DNA of 64,000 bases from Candidatus Gottesmanbacteria bacterium (lineage in GTDB: Bacteria > Patescibacteriota > Microgenomatia > UBA10105 > UBA927), in the NCBI GenBank assembly GCA_023245335.1, contig JAHFKK010000001.1:427282-491281 (forward strand). Reading direction: 5' to 3'. The notes under the pieces are model-generated. The model saw nothing but the letters and a program-made list of their open reading frames with translations. It was not told the origin of the DNA and searched no databases. The position numbers and the translations under genes were made by a program. Shown in pieces: positions 9,967 to 18,073 of this stretch (its first letter is position 1; each line of letters begins with the position of its first letter).

Positions 9967-10026
9967 AGTGAGTAGAGAGTAGAAAGACAGATAACGATAT
10001 AGCCATATTTCTACTTACTGTTTACT
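9967..10026. repeat. 7-nt-periodic purine/pyrimidine imperfect inverted repeat
   Basis: AGTGAGTAGAGAGTAGAAA ... TTTCTACTTACTGTTTACT; related copy at 25852-25906. Confidence 0.55.
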
Positions 10027-10038
10027 ATTTACAGAATT

Positions 10039-10473
10039 ATGCCGACAGTCAATCAATTAGTCCGTAAAGGACGACATCATAAAGCAAAAAAGGTGAAAGC
10101 AACCGCGCTTCGCAAATTTTTTAATGCGAAAGACGGCATCACGTCATCTCTTCCGGCGCCGTTTAAACGCGGTGTGGTGACTTTAGTCAAAACCATGACG
10201 CCGAAAAAGCCGAACTCCGCTCTCCGGAAGGTCGCTCGTGTGCGTCTTTCCAACAAGCAGGAAGTCACGGCATATATTCCCGGAATCGGACATGAACTCA
10301 CCGAACACGCGATTGTCCTTATCCGCGGCGGACGCGTACCGGATTTACCAGGAGTCAAATACCATATCGTCCGCGGCAAGTACGACACCACGGGTGTCGC
10401 CAACCGGAAGCAAGGGCGGAGCCGCTACGGCGCGAAAACTACGAGCGGTCCGGTAACCGCGGCAGCCAGTTAA
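10039..10473 (+). CDS. rpsL: 30S ribosomal protein S12
   Basis: 'MPTVNQLVR', '[17 protein letters not shown]'. Confidence 0.99.
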   Translation: MPTVNQLVRKGRHHKAKKVKATALRKFFNAKDGITSSLPAPFKRGVVTLVKTMTPKKPNSALRKVARVRLSNKQEVTAYIPGIGHELTEHAIVLIRGGRVPDLPGVKYHIVRGKYDTTGVANRKQGRSRYGAKTTSGPVTAAAS

Positions 10474-10486
10474 TGTACCACATAGT

Positions 10487-10960
10487 ATGAGAAGCAAAAA
10501 AACATACAAAAGACTTGTCACTCCGGACGCCGTCTACGGGAACCGGATGCTTGCACGGCTCATAAACCGCGTCATGCTCCATGGCAAAAAGACTATTGCC
10601 GAAAGCCACGTCTACAAAGCGCTCGATATCATCAAGGAAAAAGGCGAAGACCCGATCAAGGTTTTTGAGGCGGCACTCAATAATGTCGGCCCCAAAATGG
10701 AAGTCCGTACGCGTCGTGTCGGGGGAGCATCCTATCAGGTGCCGACCGAAGTCCGGGGAGACAGACGGGTTTCTCTGGCAATCCGATGGGTCGTTGAGTT
10801 TGCGAAGAACCGTTCGAACAAGGAATTTCATACCTACGCCGAAAAGCTGGCCGTAGAGCTTATGGATGCCGCGAAGAATCAGGGAGAGGCTATTAAACGC
10901 CGTGATACCGTCCTCCGCATGGCTGATGCCAACAAGGCGTTTGCACATTTCCGTTGGTAA
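10487..10960 (+). CDS. rpsG: 30S ribosomal protein S7
   Basis: 'RRVGGASYQVP', 'ANKAFAHFRW'. Confidence 0.99.
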   Translation: MRSKKTYKRLVTPDAVYGNRMLARLINRVMLHGKKTIAESHVYKALDIIKEKGEDPIKVFEAALNNVGPKMEVRTRRVGGASYQVPTEVRGDRRVSLAIRWVVEFAKNRSNKEFHTYAEKLAVELMDAAKNQGEAIKRRDTVLRMADANKAFAHFRW

Positions 10961-11566
10961 ATGAATAACGCTATTCTTTCGCACTTTCGGAAGAATGATC
11001 CCCGCATAGTCCCTCTCCTGGAATCCATTGTTTTAGAAGAAATTGTTTCCCGTAGACCCCAAGATTTTTTTGTGAGCCTTACGAGTGAGATCATCGGACA
11101 ACAGCTGTCCGGGAGAGTTGCTGATGTCATTGAGGGCAGGTTCCGGAAACTTTTTGGTAGGAAAAGGATCACCCCGGCTGCAGTGCTTGCTGTTTCGGAT
11201 GACGCGCTTCGAGGCACCGGTATGTCCTGGTCCAAAGTACACTTTATCAAAGACCTCGCGGACAAAGTGGTGAAAAAGGACGTGGATTTGTCGCGCCTCA
11301 CAACTCTCGATGATCACGACGTCATCATAGAGCTCACGAAAATAAAAGGTATCGGCCCGTGGACTGCGGAGATGTTTCTCATCTTTACGTTGGGGCGTCC
11401 CGATGTGTTTTCCTATGGAGATTTAGGGCTTCGACAGGCAATACAGAAGCTCTACGGGTTACGTAAAGAACCCACGGTGCGGCAGATGGAGCGGTTGACC
11501 AAGCGCTGGAGTCCGTATCGTACCCACGCCGCTCGTGTTCTCTGGCGGTATAAGGATGCGAAGTGA
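10961..11566 (+). CDS. DNA-3-methyladenine glycosylase II (AlkA/HhH-GPD family)
   Basis: 'IIGQQLS', HhH 'LTKIKGIGPWTAEMFLIF.LGRPDVF..GDLG', 'WSPYRT'. Confidence 0.92.
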   Translation: MNNAILSHFRKNDPRIVPLLESIVLEEIVSRRPQDFFVSLTSEIIGQQLSGRVADVIEGRFRKLFGRKRITPAAVLAVSDDALRGTGMSWSKVHFIKDLADKVVKKDVDLSRLTTLDDHDVIIELTKIKGIGPWTAEMFLIFTLGRPDVFSYGDLGLRQAIQKLYGLRKEPTVRQMERLTKRWSPYRTHAARVLWRYKDAK

Positions 11567-11693
11567 CCAGGGACATGCTGGACAAAGTATAGCTAATCAT
11601 CAATACTGGTTCTAACGAGTACTACCGCATGGAACCGATGCAAAACGAACGCTATATAGCATTCCCCGAATGCATGGAGGACATACAATACCC

Positions 11694-12089
11694 ATGAAAA
11701 TACTTATCGCTATCCTTTTGTCGATCGGCCTCGGCGTACTCCTATGGCAGGGGATCATGATAGGATCCGCTATCCGATCCTGCGCGGCAAATCATCAGGA
11801 AGAACTTGCGCTTGCCAGGACCCAGATAGAATCGATACGAGGGGATCATGTGCAATACTGCTCTACCTCCTACGATATACTGGCGTCCTGGGATGCCTGT
11901 GTGTCTGCGGCCCCCATGCAAACGTCTACGCCTAAATTTATTGTCTTGCGACTTAAGCCGGTCGTGACGCAAGTCCTTGCCATCATCGGGGATCCCAATA
12001 GTATGGTCAACCAGCTGAAGCTGGAGCACGATGATCTTTGCAAAGACCAGATCTATCTCATATTTTATCCGCCGCAGCAGGACAAATGA
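11694..12089 (+). CDS. hypothetical membrane-anchored/secreted protein with 4 Cys
   Basis: N-terminal hydrophobic helix after MK; GGAGG upstream; no recognised family. Confidence 0.55.
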   Translation: MKILIAILLSIGLGVLLWQGIMIGSAIRSCAANHQEELALARTQIESIRGDHVQYCSTSYDILASWDACVSAAPMQTSTPKFIVLRLKPVVTQVLAIIGDPNSMVNQLKLEHDDLCKDQIYLIFYPPQQDK

Positions 12090-12099
12090 CACGAAACCA

Positions 12100-12741
12100 A
12101 TGAGAAATATCGTCACACGCGTGATGAGTCGGGTTTGGATCAAACGGAAAACATCCAAACGATTATTTCTTGCGGTTCCTATTCCGCTCCAATGGTCAGA
12201 AGCGTTATCCTCTTTGCAGGAGTCGGTGAAATCCCGCCATATTACGGGTGCCGTACCGACACGCTGGACGGAGAGAGATAGTCTCCACATGACCGTCCGC
12301 TTTATCGGTAATGTCGATGAACGGTGTATCCCGAGTTTGGTCACGACGATCCGGAGGCTTCTTCGGGAAGTGCGTCCATTTGAACTTCCATTCGAATCTG
12401 CGCATGTCGCAACGGTTGATGATCCCAAAATGATTTGGGCGACGTTCAGGAACGTCAAACCGTTTCAACAGGTGGTTACCAGGAGCACAAGGAGAATCGC
12501 GAAGTTCCTTTTCAAAGAATGTAACGGTACGGTGATGCACAACGGCCATGATGTCATCCCGCACGTGACGCTTGCCCGTCTGAACGGCACGGTTTCGTTT
12601 TCGGCTGATGTCCCGGGGAATATGCTTTTCCCCAAAGCATTACCCGTCTCATCTCTGGTTCTCTATGAATCTAGGACGTTTTCGACCGGGTCGGTGTATC
12701 ATACGATAGCAACGTTTCCGTTAAACGATATACGTATATGA
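12100..12741 (+). CDS. thpR: RNA 2',3'-cyclic phosphodiesterase (2H family)
   Basis: 'RLFLAV', two HxT motifs 'LHMTVRF' and 'PHVTLAR'; exact start uncertain. Confidence 0.85.
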   Translation: MRNIVTRVMSRVWIKRKTSKRLFLAVPIPLQWSEALSSLQESVKSRHITGAVPTRWTERDSLHMTVRFIGNVDERCIPSLVTTIRRLLREVRPFELPFESAHVATVDDPKMIWATFRNVKPFQQVVTRSTRRIAKFLFKECNGTVMHNGHDVIPHVTLARLNGTVSFSADVPGNMLFPKALPVSSLVLYESRTFSTGSVYHTIATFPLNDIRI

Positions 12742-13952
12742 AGAAAATCGGTATCGGTATAGCTGCAGTTTTTTTGGTCGGTGCATTGGGGTATGCCGGC
12801 TGGTTTGCCTATACGAATTTACGGGGTTCCGGCCCCGCGTTCGGACCGGTGCCAGGCAATATCGTCAATTACTTTAACACCCCCACGGCCGCCGTTTCGC
12901 CCCGGGCGCCGGTAAATAATACTGAGTTTCCTCTCACGGTCCCCCAAGGATTTAGCATAGCGCTCTATGCTAAAGATCTAGGGAGTCCGCGGGTACTGGC
13001 GTGGGATCCCAAAGGAACGCTCGTCGTGAGTATAACCCAGGATGGGAAAGTCGTCGCTCTTCCCGATGATAATCATGATGGTATATCGGATCGCACGGTC
13101 ACCATTCTTTCCGGACTCAGGCTGCCGCACGGACTGGCATTTCGCGGCAATACGCTCTATGTTGCAGAAACAAATGAGATAGCTACATACGACTATAACC
13201 CGGCGACCCTGACAGCAACCAATAGAAAAAAAATCATCGATCTGCCGGATAAAGGATTTCATTTTACCCGAACGATCGGCTTCGGTCCGGACGGGAGACT
13301 GTATACCGCTATAGGAAGCGACTGTAATGTTTGTGTGGAAAAAGATGCCAGGCGCGCGGCTATATATGCATCGAATAGCGATGGCACAGACTTTAAACCA
13401 TATGCCACCGGGTTACGGAATGCGGTGTTTTTTACCTGGAGTTCCGACCGGCGCATGTGGGCAACGGTCATGGGTAGGGATTATCTTGGTGACAACGTGC
13501 CGCCTGATACGGTCGACATTATTTCCGGCGGTAAAAATTACGGTTGGCCGTACTGTTACGGGAAAAATGTTTGGGATCAGACCTTTGATCCGTCACAAAA
13601 AGCAAAGGACTTTTGCGCAACAGTAGAACCATCGCATATAGATATGCAGGCGCACTCAGCTCCCCTCGGATTGGCGTTTGTGCCGAAAAGTTGGCCGCAG
13701 GAGTATCAGAATAATTTACTAGTTGCGATGCACGGGTCATGGAATAGGAGTGCTCCTACAGGCTACAAAATCGTCCGATTCAAACTGGATAACAAGGGAA
13801 ATTATTTAGGAGTTGAAGATTTTATATCCGGTTGGCTCACAAACGGCGGCGCTCTCGGCCGTCCGGTAGATTTGTTATCTGATCAACAAGGAAATCTTTT
13901 TGTTTCCGATGATAAGGCGGGGGTGATCTACAAAATTTCCTCAGCGCATTGA
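12738..13952 (+). CDS. PQQ-dependent glucose/sorbosone dehydrogenase family beta-propeller, membrane-anchored
   Basis: 'GPDGRLY..IGS.CNVC', 'GLRN', 'YGWPYCY', 'AHSAPLGLAF', 'HGSWNRS..GYK', 'GRPVD'. Confidence 0.9.
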   Translation: MKKIGIGIAAVFLVGALGYAGWFAYTNLRGSGPAFGPVPGNIVNYFNTPTAAVSPRAPVNNTEFPLTVPQGFSIALYAKDLGSPRVLAWDPKGTLVVSITQDGKVVALPDDNHDGISDRTVTILSGLRLPHGLAFRGNTLYVAETNEIATYDYNPATLTATNRKKIIDLPDKGFHFTRTIGFGPDGRLYTAIGSDCNVCVEKDARRAAIYASNSDGTDFKPYATGLRNAVFFTWSSDRRMWATVMGRDYLGDNVPPDTVDIISGGKNYGWPYCYGKNVWDQTFDPSQKAKDFCATVEPSHIDMQAHSAPLGLAFVPKSWPQEYQNNLLVAMHGSWNRSAPTGYKIVRFKLDNKGNYLGVEDFISGWLTNGGALGRPVDLLSDQQGNLFVSDDKAGVIYKISSAH

Positions 13953-13984
13953 CAGCCCGGCTGCGACAGATTATTCTCCAGAGA

Positions 13985-14311
13985 ATGAGCATGGGGAGAA
14001 GGCAGATTGCCGTTAGGACAAAGGACTGGAATGAGCTGCACGACCGGGTAAAAGCGATGAGACGGGCATGGAGTGTCGGAAATTCTGCCGAGGCCTTCGC
14101 CTATTTTCCCCGGGTATACCGGTTAGTCGAAGAAATGGATTTGGACACATTATATGTTGCCAGGGAATATCCGCCGTCTTTACGAATGAAACCGGAAGTG
14201 TTGAGACACAGCATGTATGTTGAACCGGGTGAATTTTTTACACGCGTTGCGTTTGAATTGGATTACGAAAAGTATCCCGAAGGGCAAAAACGTCTCGAAG
14301 AACGTGTTTAA
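13985..14311 (+). CDS. hypothetical protein
   Basis: TTGACA(13949)-17 nt-TATTCT(13972), 7 nt before the ATG; ORF fills the gap and converges on dipZ. Confidence 0.5.
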   Translation: MSMGRRQIAVRTKDWNELHDRVKAMRRAWSVGNSAEAFAYFPRVYRLVEEMDLDTLYVAREYPPSLRMKPEVLRHSMYVEPGEFFTRVAFELDYEKYPEGQKRLEERV

Positions 14312-14313
14312 AT

Positions 14314-16026
14314 CTATCCGAACGTAAACGCGTAGAGTTCTAGGTTCCCATCCAGGAATTCAAGCTTCAGTATATGGTCTCCCGGCTGTGACAAGGTGAT
14401 AAGTGTATACAATCGATCCGTGTCCACGGTGACGATACCATCTTTTACGTCCACTCCCGCTGATCCGCTGACGTCAGTTCCGTCCAGCGTCACTTTGAGT
14501 TTTCCTGATACTCCCGCTGTGTGCGGACGCATGACAAGGTAGGCGTTCTTCGCGCTGAAATGATAGATGAGCGTCGCACCGGCGCTTGGCATGGTGCGTT
14601 CCGCTCCGACATTCCATGCGCCGCCTAAGGCGAACGTGTTGGACGGTACGCTTGCGGGTGCCGTATAGGATGTTGTCTTATCCGGCTGTACGTTTTCGGC
14701 GCTTACCAGTCCCGCCATACGGTTATACCCGACATACGTTTCCGGCGTTTGGGAATATACGTGATATTCCGCGTTGTCGATTTTCGGTTGGTCCGTGACT
14801 CCGGTTTCGGCAAGGAGCGTTTGTATATATCCTTCCGATTCATTATAGTTTCCTTCACCGAAATGGGTGAAGCGGATCTTGCCGTTTTTGTCGATGAAGT
14901 ATTCCGCCGGCCAGTATTGGTTGGTATACGCGTTCCATGTGGCGTAATCGTTGTCCTGCATCACCGGATAGGTAATGCCGAAATCTTTTATGGCTTTTCC
15001 GACATTGTCGGCATTTTTTTCAAACTCAAACTCCGGTGTGTGTACGCCCACTATGACGAGGCCTTTGTCTTTGTATTTGGCATACCACGCTTTGGTATAG
15101 GGAAGCGTCCGGATGCAGTTGATGCACGTGTACGTCCAGAAGTCTACGATAACCACTTTGCCCCGAAGCGATTTTATGGAGAGTGCCGGACTATTAAACC
15201 ATTTGCCGCCGGCGACGAATTCCGGTGCTGTTCCATAGTTGGATTCGAGTAAATCTGTGATCATAGAACCTCCTTTATTATTTTTAATCGTTTGTAATTG
15301 TTTTTGGACGGCTTGATTATTTTCTATGTTGGTAAGCCCTGTGCCATAGGTCGGAAATTTGGTCAGGATATACGTTTGGAACTGCCGGTCCCAGGAGAAG
15401 AAGATGGCGATAGCTGTGAACAGCATGAGTATGCCGAATATTTTTTGGATATGTTCAGTATTTTTCGTGAGCCACGGATGATTGGTGAGTAATGTCCGTC
15501 CTCCGAAAGTGATTGCAAGAAGGGGAAGCGATGTGCCGAGTGCATAGACGAGTGTGATTATGATTGCGTTGAGTCCTACGGTTTGGGTCGCCGCAAGAGC
15601 GATAATTGAGGCTAAAATCGGTCCCACGCACGGGGTCCAGACCAATCCGAGACTTAGGCCCACCAATATTCCGGAAAGAAATCCGTCACCAGTCTGATTT
15701 TTGGGCCCGGCATTTGCCAGGCGCGAAAACATAAGCTCCAGCCGTTTTTGGAATGAGGGTATGACGAGCCCTAATCCGAATACTGCGATGACACCTACGG
15801 CGACAATCCGCAGAGCGTCAGGCGAGATGCCCGTCGCTTTCACAATTGCGGTGAGAAACAAAGTGAAGAATGTGAAGCTTGCGATAAATCCCGTAACCAC
15901 CCCAAACGGCCGGCGCTTGCCTCCCGTGATCGTGCCGGAGAGAACGATGGGAAGAATCGGTAATATGCATGGAGAAAGTATCGTTACTATTCCGCCAAGG
16001 AAAGCAAAAAGAACGAGAATAAGCAT
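14314..16026 (-). CDS. dipZ: cytochrome c biogenesis protein DipZ (CcdA + thioredoxin + C-terminal beta domain)
   Basis: 'ILSPCILPILP', 'WTPCVGPIL', 'DFWTYTCINCIRTLP', 'GVHTPEFEFE', 'TPETYVG', ends 'AFTFG'. Confidence 0.93.
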   Translation of the reverse strand: MLILVLFAFLGGIVTILSPCILPILPIVLSGTITGGKRRPFGVVTGFIASFTFFTLFLTAIVKATGISPDALRIVAVGVIAVFGLGLVIPSFQKRLELMFSRLANAGPKNQTGDGFLSGILVGLSLGLVWTPCVGPILASIIALAATQTVGLNAIIITLVYALGTSLPLLAITFGGRTLLTNHPWLTKNTEHIQKIFGILMLFTAIAIFFSWDRQFQTYILTKFPTYGTGLTNIENNQAVQKQLQTIKNNKGGSMITDLLESNYGTAPEFVAGGKWFNSPALSIKSLRGKVVIVDFWTYTCINCIRTLPYTKAWYAKYKDKGLVIVGVHTPEFEFEKNADNVGKAIKDFGITYPVMQDNDYATWNAYTNQYWPAEYFIDKNGKIRFTHFGEGNYNESEGYIQTLLAETGVTDQPKIDNAEYHVYSQTPETYVGYNRMAGLVSAENVQPDKTTSYTAPASVPSNTFALGGAWNVGAERTMPSAGATLIYHFSAKNAYLVMRPHTAGVSGKLKVTLDGTDVSGSAGVDVKDGIVTVDTDRLYTLITLSQPGDHILKLEFLDGNLELYAFTFG

Positions 16027-16121
16027 ATATATGTATTATACATCACTGAATCGTTCGTTCATCCTGGTCGAGTTTGAATTTGCTCAGATGTCGTATAATA
16101 TATGCGACAAAGGAGATTATT

Positions 16122-16346
16122 ATGGCAGGTACAGCAAAATCCGAACTTGTTGAGTGGGTATTAGGTCTTGATGAGATCCCGAAATTTGTGGCGTTAGCCG
16201 CTGAACATCATATTAAAATGGATGGTGTTCCTCGGAAAGACGCAGATGGGCGGCGCGTTTATTTGCAGGTTGTGAGACCGGCTTTAGAACAAACATATAG
16301 AGATTTTGCTATTGCTGTTCGTCCCCATCACCAGTCAGATTCCTAG
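16122..16346 (+). CDS. hypothetical small protein
   Basis: TATAAT and SD AAGGAG upstream of ATG 16122. Confidence 0.5.
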   Translation: MAGTAKSELVEWVLGLDEIPKFVALAAEHHIKMDGVPRKDADGRRVYLQVVRPALEQTYRDFAIAVRPHHQSDS

Positions 16347-16355
16347 TTGATCTTT

Positions 16356-16694
16356 ATGGATCTTAAAGCATTCGTGGGAAAGTATAACCTTGCCGAAGTA
16401 GATAAAAAACTTGGCGAGACCTATTGGTCGCCCGTTGATGTTGCATACATTAATGATTGGGTCTTGCGCGCGGCCGCTGTGAAAGGCGAATTCCATTGGC
16501 ATACACACGATGATGATGAGTTCTTTCTCGTCTATAAAGGATCTTTGACCATCCAGACGGAAAAGGGAGACGTTAAATTACTTGAGGGTGAGGGATATGT
16601 TGTTCCTAAAGGAGTTAAGCATTGTCCTAAAACAAATGTCCGTACCGTTGTCCTTCTTCTTGAGCCGAAGCGTGTGAATACAAAGGGGGACTAG
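16356..16694 (+). CDS. cupin domain protein
   Basis: 'GEFHWHTHDDDEFFLVYKG', 'VVPKGVKHCP'. Confidence 0.9.
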   Translation: MDLKAFVGKYNLAEVDKKLGETYWSPVDVAYINDWVLRAAAVKGEFHWHTHDDDEFFLVYKGSLTIQTEKGDVKLLEGEGYVVPKGVKHCPKTNVRTVVLLLEPKRVNTKGD

Positions 16695-16701
16695 TTTCTT
16701 T

Positions 16702-16896
16702 TTATTTGGACGGAAGTTTTTGATTATTATCTTCTTTTTCCTCAGACTTGGTTATTCTATCCCCTGGATTATCGCTGTATGCCCACCGACTCATTTGCCG
16801 GATTGCCCAGACGGTATCCCGCCACCAACACAATTCGACGTTGCAACCCTTAGGATCGCACATTGTCCCTTTTGCTTTACAATACTCCGGAGCCAT
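16702..16896 (-). CDS. small Cys-rich hypothetical protein
   Basis: TATAAT (16903-16908, minus strand) 6 nt before the ATG; four Cys in the first 23 aa. Confidence 0.45.
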   Translation of the reverse strand: MAPEYCKAKGTMCDPKGCNVELCWWRDTVWAIRQMSRWAYSDNPGDRITKSEEKEDNNQKLPSK

Positions 16897-16950
16897 CTCG
16901 GTATTATAGAGTTTAGGGTGTAAATTCGCCAGTTGGCTTATAATAACAGT

Positions 16951-17208
16951 ATGAATCCTCTCACAACGATTCCCGGCGTCGGCAAAAGCATTGCTGCGGA
17001 TTTGAACGGCATCGGCGTTTATCGTGTGGAAGAACTAAAAGGAAAAGATCCGGAGAAGTTATACCAACAGTTGTGTAAGAAGCAAGGCGTGAGGCTTGAT
17101 CCCTGTGTACTCTATACTATGCGTTGCGCAGTCTATTTCGCCTCAAACAACGTTCATGATCCGTAATTCCTCAAATGGTGGAAGTGGAAGGATGGTCGCA
17201 GGAGTTGA
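16951..17208 (+). pseudogene. Cdd1-like helix-hairpin-helix protein with in-frame TAA at 17164-17166
   Basis: 'LTTIPGVGKSIAADL..IG', 'DPCVLY.MRCAVYFA..HDP*'; the frame continues 'FLKWWKWKDGRRS*', matching the usual WW.WKD C-terminus. Confidence 0.75.
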
Positions 17209-17220
17209 TACAATGCTCAT

Positions 17221-17484
17221 ATGAAACCATCGAACAGTTTAGAAAAACGGGTTGTGGAGATAGAAGAACGCAACAAACGAGTCGAGACGGATAAGGCGTG
17301 GGAAACAAGTTGGGTCCGGCGGGGGTTATTGGTCGCATTCACATATCTTTCTGTCGGTCTATACCTTCGCGTCATCGCTATCCCGAATCCGTGGCTCAAT
17401 GCGATCGTACCATCACTGGGATTTTTGCTCTCTACACTGTCGCTCCCGTTCTTCAAGCAGTGGTGGATGATGATGCATAAGTGA
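17221..17484 (+). CDS. conserved small membrane protein
   Basis: 'IEERNKRVETDKAWETS..RR' followed by two TM segments; TGaTACAAT 6 nt upstream. Confidence 0.75.
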   Translation: MKPSNSLEKRVVEIEERNKRVETDKAWETSWVRRGLLVAFTYLSVGLYLRVIAIPNPWLNAIVPSLGFLLSTLSLPFFKQWWMMMHK

Positions 17485-17524
17485 ATGATTGCGAGTGAAT
17501 GTCTTGAGGTGTATGTCGGAGGTA

Positions 17525-17908
17525 TTAAGGGGTGAGCATGACATCAAGCGATTTATATTTTCGATTAGCCTCCAGATTAACAAGAAAAGCTGCAACGCCG
17601 GCGGGACGAATATGAATATTTGCTCTTTCGCCAGTGAATGTTCTTGATAATGTAAATTTTTTCTCAAAGTCAGGAGGGTCATTTTCAATGCCGCTCACAT
17701 CCAGCATATCCTTAAGAGATCTTCTGCGGTTTCTTGTTTCAAAAGAGAGAACCGTTGCATCCCGACTCTCGGCGCGGCTAACACGAACGGATCCTAATAC
17801 AGTACCGTCACTTTTTTGAATCTGGAGTTGCAGTTCAGATCCGGGATGTTTAACGTCCGAAAATTCTGCGTTTGTTTCGTACTCTTTCGCAACAGTTTGG
17901 ATTGGCAT
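17525..17908 (-). CDS. hypothetical protein
   Basis: 127-aa ORF filling the gap, TACTAT upstream; no recognised family. Confidence 0.45.
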   Translation of the reverse strand: MPIQTVAKEYETNAEFSDVKHPGSELQLQIQKSDGTVLGSVRVSRAESRDATVLSFETRNRRRSLKDMLDVSGIENDPPDFEKKFTLSRTFTGERANIHIRPAGVAAFLVNLEANRKYKSLDVMLTP

Positions 17909-17984
17909 ACTATGGGGGCAGAAGTTGGGATGATAGTACCAACTAACTGCATATATATCAAGTAAGGGGTTTCTCCCGAATCTC

Positions 17985-18013
17985 TAGACACAGGAGACAA
18001 TTTCCCGTATAAT
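17985..18013 (+). promoter_or_regulatory. sigma70 promoter of fusA-tuf
   Basis: TAGACA-17 nt-TATAAT. Confidence 0.75.
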
Positions 18014-18041
18014 CATAGAGTTGAATTGATGAAGCAGTTTT

Positions 18042-18067
18042 GCTTCCCAAGTCGGGGAGCTTTTTTT
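18042..18067 (+). terminator. terminator-like hairpin in fusA leader
   Basis: GCTTCCC-aagtc-GGGGAGC followed by T7. Confidence 0.6.
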
Positions 18068-18073
18068 GATTTT

